Of a stretch of DNA of 64,000 nucleotides, positions 11,890 through 25,327 are shown piece by piece. Source of the stretch: Octopus sinensis (taxonomy: Eukaryota); the NCBI RefSeq assembly GCF_006345805.1, contig NC_043010.1:59024001-59088000 (forward strand), read 5' to 3'. Position 1 is the stretch's first letter. Each line of letters begins with the position of its first letter. Made by a program: the position numbers and the translations under genes. A model generated the notes under the pieces. That model worked only from the letters and a program-made list of their open reading frames with translations, was not told the DNA's origin and searched no databases.

Positions 11890-13880
11890 TTCAAGTACAT
11901 GGCTTCAGAGCAACCAGAATCAATGTCAGCACAATGAAAGGTAGGACTGGTGAGATTATTGAAATGCTAGAGAGGAGGTGTGTGAATTTGTGCTGTGTGC
12001 AAGAGATTTGATGAAGGGGAACCTCAGCTGGATTCCTCATGGGTAAATAACATAGATACAAATTTTGTGGAGTAAACAGCGACAGCGTGGATGGTTTGGC
12101 AGGCAAATGGGTAAATGAAGTAACTGAGTGAGTTAGAGCCTGTGAAAAGATAGTTCAACTGTAACTAGTCTTGGATAAAAGATTGCACATATAACATGGC
12201 AGTCTTGGTTTAGGACGAATGTTACTGTAACTTAGCCCCAGCAGACATCATCTCCAGCTGGCTATATGACACGATCTACATCCTTATATTTTTGAACAAG
12301 GGAATCTAGCACCCCCACTCGATGTCTCCTGGGGCTAAATTACAGCAACATTTGTCCTAAACCAGGACTGCCATGTTATGTCGGCAAACAATCTTTACTC
12401 CAAAGTACTGTTGCTGATAATAATTTTCTAGTCTTGGCATTTTCCTCTGCCTATGCTCCACAGACTGGGCTGGCAGATGATCTGAAGGACCAGTTTTATT
12501 ACGTATTTTTACACACTACCTTGATAATGAATGTCCGTGACTTTATTATCATGGCTGGTTACTTCAATGGACATATTGGACAACACTACAATAAATCTCA
12601 TGGTGTCCATGGAAGTTATTTGGCTCTTGAGATGAAGAAAGAACACGGCTGCTGGAGTTTTGTGATGCAAATGACTTGATCTGCAACACTAAACTCAAGG
12701 AACTAAGCAACCACCTGATCTATGAATCGAGCAAGCAGGCCAGATTGGCTGTTCTCATCAGAAAATGGAATGGACAGATGCTTGTAAATGCAAAATCTTT
12801 CCTAGCAAAGAAGTCCAACATAGCTTAGTCATTTGTGACTTCCGACTAAAGGCTAGAAGGATTCAGAACAAACCAGTTTGGAAAAAGCAGATATAGAAAT
12901 GCAAATGGGAAGAAATTTTAGAGAAATTCTAATTGAAATGTCTGACAAGGAATGTGAGTTGGGAACATATGGCTTAGAGGTTAACTGGAAGTTCTTGAGG
13001 ACAAAATACTGAAGGTTACAGGCTAAATCTGTGGCTGGTGCAAAGTGCTAATTAGACCAAGGGTGATGTGGTGGTGGAACAGTGTGGTAGACAGAGTAAT
13101 GAAGGCAAAACGAAAACTGGAAAAATGGTGGCAGCAGAAAATTATATGAAGTAGCCAGAAGCTGGTCAACAAGGCTTACATAGCATCGGGAGAAGCAGGA
13201 AGATGGAAATTTGCCAACATTTTACAGTATGAGGCGTTCTGGATTGCAAGACACTATATCAGAGGGAATCCAGTTGTTGTAATAAGTGTGTGCAGATGGA
13301 TAACTGAACATTTACAGTAATGAGTCTGAAGAGAGAAAGATGGTCTTCCCAAGAAAGGGCCCAACCATTGAAGTTGAGAGCAGTGTGAGAGATAAAGTGA
13401 TTAAAGGTCTGGGGGCAGGGAAAGCCCCTGCTCCATTAGGTGTTACCCACAACATGATTAAATGTCCAGCAGAATAAGATATGGACTGGTCACCAGAGTA
13501 GTTAACCAGCATGTTATGGGAAAGTGTCACGGCCAGTGACTGGTACAGGCAGCATTCTAATCACCAGTTAGAAGGTAAAGGAGATACATTGAGGGAATTT
13601 CAGAAACCTCAGATTGCTGGACCAGGTCAGGAAAGGTACAAAGAAAGTCATCATCATCATCATTTAACATCTATCTTCCATGCTGGCATGAGTTGGACGG
13701 TTTGACAGGAGCTGGCAAGGCTGGAGGGCTGGACCAGAGGACAGATGATGTGCGTGAGGGGCAGGGGATATGGCCATAAAGGACCTGCCTGAATGTATGG
13801 ATGACAGCCTAATTAATTAATTAGGGTAGATGAGATGTAGTTTGGTTTTGTGTTAGGGAGGAGTACTATGGATGCTGCCA
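11890..13880 (+). mobile_element. Old degraded RTE-like LINE (APE endonuclease to start of RT)
   Basis: Broken frames give INVSTMKGRTGEIIEMLERRCVNLCCVQE, SAYAPQTGL, IMAGYFNGHIG and GKAPAP. The 3' part parallels the N-terminus of the 57796-59772 ORF; many stops and frameshifts. Confidence 0.85.
12191..12379. mobile_element. MITE-like element with about 59-bp terminal inverted repeats, nested in the old LINE
   Basis: 12191-12249 is the reverse complement of 12321-12379 with few mismatches. Confidence 0.75.
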
Positions 13881-14879
13881 GTTTGCTCCAGTCAAGCCTT
13901 TCCCTCCACATCTCTTCCTAACATCCATCCCTCCATCACTCTTCTAACTATGAGACTCTTCAGTTACTGTTACCATTTGAGTGTAGGGTCAGTACATATT
14001 CCCTTGTGGCAGTGGTGGTGGTGGTGAGCCTTACCATTCACTGAAACTGAGTCCATCAACCAATGCCATGTTTATCCTTGTACAATGGATCAACCAACGC
14101 ATTCCATTCCCCTCCTTCTCTCCTCCTCTTCATCTGCATCACTCATTACACACCTGCACACCTTTCACATTCAATGACCATGTGTCTCCCTACCATCCAG
14201 ACGTTACAGGACACACGGACACACACACACATGTAGATGGCAGTATTTTTACTGTTGAACCGCAGTGTAATCCGAGAGAGACACGGACCGACAGACAGAC
14301 AGACTGTTCAACCCTAGGTCAGTCGTGATGGAGTAGAACTATAATCGAATGTTCTACAGCCTTGACAAGCCAATTCTTTCATACATCATTGTCCAATGTG
14401 GTCTTCCTTTTGTCAAATGCTTGTGAGTAATTTGAGAAAGATTTCACTTCTATTACTAGCAAATTATGCAGCTGCATGGAGGTTCCCTTGCTGGTAAAAC
14501 TGGTTAACGAGGGGAAATTGCTCGTTCATAGTTGATACCTTGATGTGACCACTTGAGCTGCTAGAAATAGATGTCAAATCTACCCCAAATCAATTTCCAC
14601 TGTTTAAAAACTGAAGGATGCAGGATAGTACAGTCTAAGGTGAACTATATCTGAACAGATGGAACAGTCATGGCTGGAATAGTTTTGATTATCGGTCAAC
14701 TTGGATCAGAGCTGACCCGGGGCTAAAAAGTATCAAACAACAATCTGCTGTTGTGATGTTGATGCCTCTCCACAGATATAGACAGCCCAACCCTGTCTTA
14801 CACAATATATCTTGCAAGGGTTTTTTTAGATGCTATAGCAATGGGCAAAGCATGAAGGCCACAACATGAATTCAGTCCC

Positions 14880-15030
14880 TTACCCTCAATATCTTTCTCA
14901 CCTTTCTCACCCATTTTACATTCATAAATTCCCACAACTGACCCTTTTATTCCTCTCTTCTGTTTTCTCACCTTCTCAGACATTTCTCACTCACACTCAC
15001 TCCTTCACTCCACTTTATATTCTTCACCTT

Positions 15031-15062
<32 letters not shown>

Positions 15063-16780
15063 TCTTTCTGTTTCTCTCTTCCATCCTCCAGCTATATTCC
15101 TTCCTCCTCCTATCATATTTCTCTTACTCTTTCACTCCGATCGTGTCTTTCCTCAATATTTTTATCTCCTCTTCCTTCTACCCTAGTTGACACTCTCCTC
15201 TCCACTTTTAACTTTACACATTCTCTCTTTCTCTTTCCCTCTCTATTACTCTTTAACTGCTCTTCCTCACTTTCCTCTTACTCCAACCCCCTCTCTTACA
15301 TTTTGCTCGGTAACCCCCTCCTATATTCTCTCTTTTGATTCATTTATCCTTCTTCCTCCCTCCCCTTCTTTCTCTCCCTCTTTCGCCTTCGCCCTCTTCC
15401 TCTCTTCCTCTATCCCTTCGCTTTCTCTCTGTCTTCTCACCTATCTCACTCCCTCTATATATTCCCATTCATTCATGATATTCCTCCTCCTTCACTCTCT
15501 TTATCTGCTTTACCATCTCTCTCTCTCTCTCTCGTTTTCTGATCACCCTCCTTCTCTACACTCTATTCTATCTACAATCCTAGCTTCTATCGTCTGCTTT
15601 CTACATTCTTTATTCTCTCTCACCCTCGTCGCTCTCTCTCTCTCTTTTTCTCTCTCTCTTTCTCTCTCTTTCTCTCTAACCTTCGCCATCATCTATCCCT
15701 TTTTCCCCCCTTTCACAGCATCTCCATCGATCGTTATAGGCTTTTACCTCACGCTACTACTCTCACCAAAAACATTATGCTACCACCTTTTCCTCATTCT
15801 TTCATAACATTCCACCACTTTATACTTATCTTTCTCTCTCTCTTTCCTCCCCTTCTCATTACACATATAACATTCCATAAACTCTCACCTCTCTCTCTCT
15901 CTCTCTCCCTTCCTTTCGTTATTCCCCTCCCTCAAACTTCTTGTTCTTTTTCACTCTCTTTTTCTCACTCACACTCAATTTCCGACAACTTTTCCCTTTC
16001 TTTCTCGCACTATCCCTCTACCTACTCTCTTTTTAATCTCTTCCTTCTACTCCTTTTCCCTCCTCTGTTAGCTTTCCCTACCCCTCTCTACAATACCCTC
16101 TTCCTTTCTAACGGAGTCCCTTTCCTCCCACTTCATTTGTTCCTTCACTTTTACCATTCCTCTCTCACTCAAAGCTACTACTGTTCCACTCTTAATCTTT
16201 CTCTTCCTCCCGCTAAACCTCATTTGCCCTTACTCCCATTTCCACCACATTTCTTTCTTTCTTTCTCTTTCCTCCCACTATTTCTCTCTCTCTCTCTCCT
16301 AGCCTTTTTCCTTGACCCTTATTCTGTCTCTCTCTCTCTCACCTCCACCACCATCATCACCACTACTGCTACAGCTGACATCAACAGTCTGACGTAAGAG
16401 ACCCCGGACAGAGCTGCCTACCTCCAGCGAATCTACCCCGAATGGACCGGGTAGACCGAGGAGCCTTTATCTCAACACACCACTTTAACCCTGCCTCTGT
16501 AAGTACATCGACAGAAAAGGGAACAAAGCGACACCATTGCTTTGCTCTTTACTTTTTACACATATTTCACTCTCACTCACTCTCTCTCTCTCTCTCTCCT
16601 CCCGGAAGGAAACACTCCATCCTCTCTCTCCCTCCGTCTCTCACTCACTCACTCCCTCTCTCACTTCATCACTCTCTTTCGCCACACACATCACCACCCC
16701 CTTTCTCTCTTGCTTACTCCCTCTCTCCTATAACATACCCTCTCTCTTTCTCTCCCTCCCTCCCTCTCTTCCTCTCTGTC
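14880..16780. repeat. About 1.9-kb polypyrimidine (CT-rich) low-complexity tract
   Basis: The + strand is dominated by C/T, with many (CT)n runs. Confidence 0.9.
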
Positions 16781-18155
16781 CAGCCAAAACACAAACCAGT
16801 TGTGTACAGTAGAAACATGAACCAGTTTCATATGAAGTAGCAGCTAAACCTCCCTCAGCTCAGAGACCCTGCCGTCTTGAAAAAGAAGGACCATTAGTTA
16901 ATGTAGTGTTGGATATAGAAAAAGACGAGGTGGTCACGGCTGGAAGTCGCAGCACAGCTGGGGCTACACAACATTATCCTTGTATATTTCACATGTACAC
17001 ATCGCACGCCTTTCAGATGTCCACTGTCTCGGCCTGCTAGAAATAGCAGCCAAATCTCTGTTTTATTTTTAAAAAGGACACACGAAATACTATAGTCTAT
17101 AATACTGTCTTAAGAATAAATGATGTGGTCATGGCTGGACCTCTTTTGAACATAAATATGCTTGTTTAGGACCAGCCAAGAACTACACATTGTATACAAG
17201 GTAGGCGCATCTATGTGGTCGTCCGGCCTGCTAGAGACTGCAGCCAAATCTACTTCATATCACACGCTGTCGTTCTGGTCATGGATTGAACTGTTTAAAA
17301 AAGGTGGGACGGTCATAGCTGAAATACTTTCCCGAATATAGATCAACAGTGACATATTTACATTGGCTGTTGTTGTAACAGACCTTCCTTCCTTTTCAAG
17401 TGAAATTTGGCTGTTATTTCTAGCAGATCGACCTCGTAGCTTCTGTGTCTCTTGTTGTTCCTGTGTGAACACCCCTCCCCCCTCTCTCTCCTTTTTCTAC
17501 TTCAACACATTTCATTATTGAGGGTGGCGACTGCTAGATACACCTCCTACCACAATCTATCTCTACCTCTTCCCACCACCCACTCTACTCCCTATAGTAT
17601 TGGACTGCGACACACAGACAGACAAGGTGGTGGTCATTTGTCAATTGTCACCGTCGTCGTCGTAGTGGTTGTTGTTGTTGTTGTTGTTGAGTGATTGGTT
17701 TGTTTATTTATTTCTATCCCCATCGATGAACGTCGTTGTCTGCTCAGGGCTAATTACGGGATGAAGAGAGCGACAAGGGAGTGTTCACGACAAGCTGCAG
17801 AACAAATATAGCAGGGACTTTGGAAACTCTCCACCACACACAACGGTGGTATTTTCTGCATGAATGTAAGACATGCAATACTGGTCTTCGGCTTGTTTCG
17901 GTCATTAAAGTGCGGCCATGTTGGGGCACCGCCTGGAAGGATTTCGATCCCAGAACTTGTTGTTAGAAGTTCAGAGCCTGGTTCTTATTCTATCGGCCTC
18001 TTTTGCCAAACTGCTACGTTACCGGATGTAAACACACCAACATTGGTTGTCAAGCAGCATCGGGAGACAAACGCACATGCACACACAAACACACACACAC
18101 ACACACACATATATATACCCCATCATCATTATATATGTGTGTGTGTGTGTATATG

Positions 18156-18242
<87 letters not shown>

Positions 18243-18288
18243 TATATATATATGTATATGTATGTGTATATATGTATATATATATGTA

Positions 18289-18640
18289 AGCGCAGGAGTG
18301 GCTGTGTGGTAAGTAGCTTGCTTACCAACCACATGGTTCCGGGTTCAGTCCCATTGCGTGGCACCTCGGGCTGACCAAAACCTTGTGAGTGGATTTGGTA
18401 GGCGGAAATTGAAAGAAGCCCATCGTATATATGTATATATATATATGTGTGTTTGTCCCTCCCAACATCGCTTGACAACCGATGCTGGTGTGTTTACGTC
18501 CCCATAACTTAACAGTTCGGCAAACGAGACCAATAGAATAAGTACTAAGTTTACAGAGAATAAGTCCTGGGGCCAATTTGCTCAACTAAAGGCAGTGCTC
18601 CAGCATGGCCACAGTCAAATAACTGAAACGAGTAAAAGAG
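18289..18640 (+). mobile_element. tRNA-derived SINE
   Basis: Same family as 9428; follows a (TA)n tract. Confidence 0.85.
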
Positions 18641-19219
18641 TCTATATATATATTAGTGTTATGACTTTTTGATTTTTTTTTAGAAGTAAATTTCCTGTAT
18701 CAGTGTTTCAATTCAGTTTGAGTATATGTGTGTGTATGTAAAAGGGAGGTATGTGTGTGTGTGTGTGTGTGTGTGAGTGTGCAATGGAAATGGGATGGTG
18801 AACGTTCAACACTGAAAAGAAAAATCAAACAGCGTTTCAACTCTGAGTATATGTGTATGCATGTAGAAGGGAAGTATATGAGTGTTTGTATCTGTGATTA
18901 TTATGTCCCTTATTTGGTTAACCTCCAGTTTCTGACCCAGGCAAAAAAAAAAAAAATGAAAAAGAAATAGTGTAAAACTACATGTAGTAAATGAATATGC
19001 AAAAAAAAAATGTGCACTGGCGAATGGAGGTGGAGGGGGGAGACGACTCAGGAAAATTCACATCTGGAATGTTCTGAGTCTTCTCTCCACTTCCCCATTC
19101 GTCAGCGCAATTTTTTTTCTTCATATTCATTTACTACACGTTATTTTACACCTAGTATACTATATTTTTTTCAATTTTTGTGACGGTGGGTGGGGTTTGG
19201 ACTCTTATTTTGTACCTCA

Positions 19220-19617
19220 TCTTTATATATAAAAGTGAAGTTGTGTGTCTATCTCCTACGATTTAGATTCCTAACTACTCCCACATTTTGCGGTGCAGTG
19301 TAACCAAAACCGGGTATCTTATAGTCGTGATTCATATCGACCCCTTCTGTGTATTAGCGTGCGTCTACGATGAGTCTACGATTTAAAAAAAATTTACCAT
19401 AATTTTTTTCCCATTTTTAATGCATTTTTTTGCTATTATATAAGAGAAGTAACTCTCTAAAAATGTATTCTTAAATCTCAGAACGTAAAAAGCTGCAGTA
19501 ATCCCCCCCCCCCTTGTGGTTAGCCATATTGAGATGGCAATTATACTTTACATCTCTAAAAATGCTTATACAGTTATTTCCCTTACAAACCCGAGCAACA
19601 CCGGGCGATACTGCTAG
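19220..19617 (+). mobile_element. Non-autonomous Helitron-like element
   Basis: A|TC 5' end, subterminal hairpin CCCG-AGCAACAC-CGGG and CTAG|T 3' end; shares both termini with 59922-60316. Confidence 0.7.
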
Positions 19618-19743
19618 TTTATATATAAAATACTACAATTCACCATCATTTTTTATGGCACAGGGTCAGCTAGTTTACTTATAAAACCACTCTCTTTCTT
19701 ATTCTCTCTCTTTTTCTCTGTCCTTTTCTCCCTGTTTCCAGTC

Positions 19744-19788
<45 letters not shown>

Positions 19789-20394
19789 TCTTCTGGCTCT
19801 TCACATTCTGAGTTCAATTTTCACTGAGGTCGACTTTGTATTTCATTCTTTGAGAGTCAATAAAACAGAATACTAGTCATGTACTGAGGTCTATTTAATT
19901 GACTAACCCTGCCCCTCAAAATTCTAACCTTCTGCCAAAATCATAAATTGTTGTTGTTGTTGTTATTATTATCATATCAAGATGAACAGTGCATGACCTT
20001 GCAGGTGAGGCCCAGTTAGAATTTTCTTCAGGTTGAGTAGCCCATCCCATCCAAAAGGTCCCTGAATAAGGGTTGTTTAAGGATGTTGAACTAAACACCC
20101 ATGTTTCCAGCGGTGAATTATTCAACCCCCAAAGAATCCCTCTCAACACATGGCTATGATGCTCTCCCACTACTTCTGCTCATGATCAGAAATGCACATA
20201 TTGTCAGCCAAGGGACATGCTCAACTGGTTAAGGTCAAACAACTGACAAGCAAATCTGTGGTGTTGAGCAGAATATTTGCTGTAGTCCCATCTTTTACAC
20301 CAAGACAAAACAATGTACATGTAAATACTTCCGATCAGTTAAGATCTGAAGCCATAAGAACCTCTGCCTGGTACTGCATCAGGGCATGCAACTG

Positions 20395-20925
20395 CACTGG
20401 TATGGTCATGTGATGCATATGGACGAGGACAGCTGTGTAAAGAAGTGCTGATCTCTAACTGTGGAGGGAACCTGTGGTAGAAGTAGACCCAGGAAGACCT
20501 GGGATGAGGTGGTGATGCATGATCTTTGAACTTTGAAACTCACAGAGACAATGACTAGTGACCGAGACCTTTGGCGATGGGCTCTGCTTAAGAGGACCCA
20601 TCAAGCCTCTTTTGAGTGTTGGGCCTCACAGAGGCAATGACCAAGACCTTTGGCATTATGTTGTGCTTGGGAAGAAGACCCCTCAAGCCGAGTAAAATCA
20701 GTCATGGCAGATACTGGTGTCGCACAAATGGCACCTGTGCCAGTGGCATGTAAAAGTACCCATTATGCTCTCAGTGGTTGGCGTTAGGAAGGGCATCCAG
20801 CTGTAGAAAACCATGCCAAAACAGACTGGAGCCTGGCACAGCCTTCCAGCATGCCAGCCCAGTCAAACTGTCCAACCCATGCCAGCATGGGCAACAGACA
20901 TTAGATGATGATGATGATGATGATT
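20395..20925 (+). mobile_element. 3' end of RTE-like LINE (ORF C-terminus, UTR, (GAT)n tail)
   Basis: Encodes a degenerate VEGTCGRSRPRKTWDEVVMHDL, matching the C-terminus of the 57796-59772 ORF. Confidence 0.85.
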
Positions 20926-20984
20926 ATATTACTTCTCATGGCTCTCAGTCTTCCTTGCTCTGGTTGATTCTGTGATTTTTACTC

Positions 20985-21575
20985 ACTGTTCCCAGGGCTC
21001 CAACAATTATTGGTACCACTGCCACCTTTTTCATCGACCACAACTGCTTAACCTCCCAAGCTAACCTCTCATATCTATCGACTTTTCTTTCTTCCTTATC
21101 ACATACCTTCTTGTCAGCTGGGTATGCTATATCTATGATCCAGCATAGTTTGCTTTCTTTCTTAATTAAGACATGTCTGGCTTCCTATTCTCTATCTCAT
21201 GTTCGCACTGAATCATAAAATCCCACAGGATCTTTGCATTTCCATTTTCAACGATGCCTTCAGGTTTGTGGTCGTACCAATTTTTTGCTCTGTCAAGTCC
21301 ATACTTGTTGCAGAGTGTCCAATGGACAAGCCTGGCTATATTGTCATGGCATCTCTTATATTCTCTCTGGGCTAGTGGTGTACATTGGCTGGTAATATTA
21401 AATACGGTTTCACCATTTTATCCACAGATTCTGCACTTATCACTTTCGGATGTGTTGTCTATTCTGTATTTTATGTAGTTTGTTCTTAGTGCTTGCTCTT
21501 GGGCAGCACAGATTAGAGCCTACGTTTCCGGTTTTAAATCACTTTTAGTCTTACCCAGCCATCTTTTTTCTCTGT
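20985..21575 (-). mobile_element. R4/Dong-like (restriction-like endonuclease) non-LTR retrotransposon fragment
   Basis: Minus strand gives ALICAAQEQALRTNYIKYRID...CRICG...HDNIARLVHW...ILWDFMIQ...RKPD; abuts a (TAT)n tract. Confidence 0.7.
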
Positions 21576-21600
21576 TTTATTATTATTATTATTATTATTA

Positions 21601-21636
<36 letters not shown>

Positions 21637-21905
21637 TATTATTACTATTACTACTACTGGTCTGTTGTATCTTTTATCAGGTGTTCCACCTCCCTGTCAG
21701 AGCTGATAAAAGACCACAGCTATCCACAATCCATGCTACAGGAACATATCAACTTTTCCAGTCTTGATATTCAGATTAAACTGTTTCTATTCCATAGACA
21801 TATTCTACATTCTGCAAGGAATCTTTTGTCGGCAGAAAATCCAGGATACTTTCATTATAACCAAACTCTGTCTGTTTAATGCTGTCACTTTGAAGAACTT
21901 TAACA

Positions 21906-23438
21906 ATGGAGAAAACCTTCCGGCAAAAACTCCTTGCCAAATACAGTAATCTGAATAACAGAAATGGGAAAAAGTTCTCCTTTCTCAAGAACTTCTCCTC
22001 CAATTCTTCTGAAAGTGCTCCTAAAAAGTTCTCCTTTCTTAAGAGTCCTTCTACAAATTCTTCTGAAAATCCTACAAAAAATGCCAGAGAAAGCAAAGTA
22101 ACTTTGCAACGGGCTTTTTTTTGTGACATCTGTGACAAATCTTTCTCTCGAAGTAGTTATTACAGCTGGCATAAAATGAACCATTCTCTTGGCGAACCGG
22201 TGCCAAAAATATCACTGAGCAAAAGAAAACAAAAACTCTGTACGACCCACAAATGTGATATCTGTGAGAAAGTCTTCTCTAGGTTTGAGTATTTACGACT
22301 TCACCGACTGAGCCATGTTGAGGAGAAACCATTTTCTTGTGAGACTTGTGGACAGTCCTTCATACAAGCTAGTCTGCTAAGAAACCATGAGAAAACTCAT
22401 GCTGATGGCAAAATCTATAAATGTGAAGTTTGTGAAAAAGAATTTTCTAAGAGTTGTGATCTAAAACGCCATCTCAGTGTCCACCTGAGTGTGAAGCCAT
22501 TTAAGTGTGAGATTTGCTCTCGCAATTTCTCAAGGAACGACTATTTGAAATCTCACATGCTGAGTCACACAGGCAGCACCCCATTCAAATGTAAAACTTG
22601 TGGGAAAGGATTTGTCCGACGGTTTGCTTTAGAAAACCATGCAAGGACACACACAGGGGAAAAGCCCTACGTCTGTAGCATTTGTGGGAAAACTTTCTCT
22701 CAAAAATCAGGCTGGATGTCACACTCAAAGAACCATATTGACAAAAAGGCTTTTGTATGTCGAGTTTGTGGGAAAGGGTTCACACAGATGTACTCGTTGA
22801 AAAGGCATGAACGCACGCATGCTGACAAAAAACCTTACAGTTGTGAATATTGTCAGAAAGAGTTCTCACAGAGTGGACAGCTAAAGTCCCACCTGGCCAT
22901 TCATACAGGAATCAAACCATTCAAATGCGAAGTGTGTGGTAAAAATTTTGCCCAAAAATCCATCTTGACAAAACATGAGCGGATTCATGCTGAAATTAAA
23001 CCGTACAGTTGTGAGGTGTGTGGCAAAGGGTTCACACAGAACTTCACCTTACAGATACACCTGAGGAACCATACAGGTGAGAAACCTTTCTCCTGTACTT
23101 ATTGTGATAAAGTGTTCTCCCGTAAAGACAGTTTAAATAATCACATCAAGAACCATACAGGTGAGAAAGATTTCTGCTGCCGATATTGTGATTCTGCTTT
23201 CACAAAAAGTTCCACGTTGAAGCGACATGAGATGACCCATACCGGGGAACGACCTTATGTTTGCCAAATTTGTTCCAAGGCTTTTGCAAAGCCAAGCGAT
23301 CTCAACCGTCACATGATTACACACACTGGCGCCAAACCCTATACCTGTAATATATGCGGGAAGGCATTCTCTCGTAATGAGCACCTCAAAAAACATGAAA
23401 CTACTCACTCGCTCACTTACCAACCATGGCTACTCTAA
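21906..23438 (+). CDS. C2H2 zinc-finger protein B, 510 aa, 15 fingers, CDS in one exon
   Basis: Uninterrupted ORF with 15 CxxC-x12-HxxxH fingers and TGEKP-type linkers; upstream acceptor cttttatcag| at 21680. Confidence 0.95.
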   Translation: MEKTFRQKLLAKYSNLNNRNGKKFSFLKNFSSNSSESAPKKFSFLKSPSTNSSENPTKNARESKVTLQRAFFCDICDKSFSRSSYYSWHKMNHSLGEPVPKISLSKRKQKLCTTHKCDICEKVFSRFEYLRLHRLSHVEEKPFSCETCGQSFIQASLLRNHEKTHADGKIYKCEVCEKEFSKSCDLKRHLSVHLSVKPFKCEICSRNFSRNDYLKSHMLSHTGSTPFKCKTCGKGFVRRFALENHARTHTGEKPYVCSICGKTFSQKSGWMSHSKNHIDKKAFVCRVCGKGFTQMYSLKRHERTHADKKPYSCEYCQKEFSQSGQLKSHLAIHTGIKPFKCEVCGKNFAQKSILTKHERIHAEIKPYSCEVCGKGFTQNFTLQIHLRNHTGEKPFSCTYCDKVFSRKDSLNNHIKNHTGEKDFCCRYCDSAFTKSSTLKRHEMTHTGERPYVCQICSKAFAKPSDLNRHMITHTGAKPYTCNICGKAFSRNEHLKKHETTHSLTYQPWLL

Positions 23439-24414
23439 CTGACCTCAGTCCACCTCTTCCCAACCCAATCACTTCCACATATTTGAACGAAATTCTCACC
23501 TTTGACCTCTCTTTCAACTACAGTCTGTCAGATGACTTCAAAAACTTTCCATTTTCTTCCCTCCAACACTTGCTGACACAGGTAGTTCACACCTAGTATT
23601 TATACAGTAATAGTGGCATTTAGATCGATGTGATACTCCTCCCTGCTTTACTCTGAGTTTCAGGACAACACAGACAGGATCCAGTTGGATCTTATTTTAG
23701 TAATCCGTCCCTTCTATATAATTACAGCACCCAAACACACAAAGGGACCTGTCTTTGTTAGGGTTGACTCCCACTGGAAAAAGACACACAGGCAGACAAT
23801 GAAAGATAAACACAACCATTAAGGTAACTGAAGCTGCTAGAAATAGCAGCTGAATCTCCCCCCATAATACACCTTACAGTCTGAATATAAGATGACCAGA
23901 AGGTTTGTTTATCAACAATCTTTTGGACCAAGGCTGACCTGTAAGCTAAACAATAACAACAACAACAACAGCATGTCCTCATTAATATCTTAACGACTCT
24001 TTCATAAACACTTCTCATCCAGCTGCTGTTATGCTTTCCCCGTATTTCTTGAAAGCCATTTTCCCTATTGATTTCAACCAGACATTAAGAGTTCTTCATC
24101 TCCTCACGTAAACGACACCTGGGAGGGGTTTGAGTGAGTGCGAAATAAAGTAACAGACCAAGTGGATTCCTGTGATGATGATGATGATGATGATGATGAG
24201 GTCGAGGGTGGGCTTTGTTAACGGATATTCTAAGTCACCAGGAACATGTCAATGGTTGCTGTTAAAAGCTTTTCAAGTTGAAGGATTCAGTACCACCTGG
24301 CTATTTCACGTAAACCTGCCATCTTCTGTGGGGACTTAACATGTATAATTTTCTCATGTGTCAACTACACACACACACACACACACAGTGATATGAATGT
24401 ACAATCAGCACACA

Positions 24415-24454
24415 ATATATATATATATCTATATATATATATCTATATATATAT

Positions 24455-24486
<32 letters not shown>

Positions 24487-25162
24487 ATATAAATAAATAA
24501 ATATATTAATAATATATATATATAAATAAATATATATATATAAATAATATATATATATAAATAAATATATATATATTAATAATATATATATATAAATAAA
24601 TATATATATAATATAAATAAATATATATATAATAATATATATATATAAATAAATATATATATATATAAATAAATATATATATAATAATATATATATATAT
24701 AAATAAATATATTAATAATATATAAATAAATATATTAATAATATATATATATATATATATATAAATATATATATATATAAATAATATATTAATAATATAT
24801 ATATATATATATAAATATATATATAATATATATATATATATAAATAAATATATAAATAATATATAAATAAATAAATATATATATATATAAATAAATATAT
24901 TAATAATATATATATATAAATAAATATATATATATTAATAATATATATATATAAATAAATATATATATATAATAAATATATATATATTAATAATATATAT
25001 ATATAAATAAATATATATATATAAATAAATATATATATATGAATATATATATATATATAAATAAATATATTAATAATATATAAATAAATATATTAATAAT
25101 ATATATATACATATATATATATGAATATATATATATATAAATAAATAAATATATATATATAT

Positions 25163-25196
<34 letters not shown>

Positions 25197-25280
25197 AATA
25201 AATATATAAATAATATATAAATAAATAAATATATATATATATATAATAAATATATTAATAATATATATATATAGATATAT
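24415..25280. repeat. Long (TA)n/(TAAA)n microsatellite
   Basis: About 870 bp that is almost purely A/T. Confidence 0.95.
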
Positions 25281-25327
25281 GCATTATTTACATTTGATGG
25301 ATATTTGTCCTCATCTTGTTTGTTGTC

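Noticed and set aside
14866-16840. Several 100-206 aa L/S/F/P-rich ORFs
   Set aside because: A pyrimidine tract lacks stop codons by composition; no protein signature.
17860-18585. YIYI-type ORFs (also at 25070-26364)
   Set aside because: (TA)n repeats and SINE sequence.
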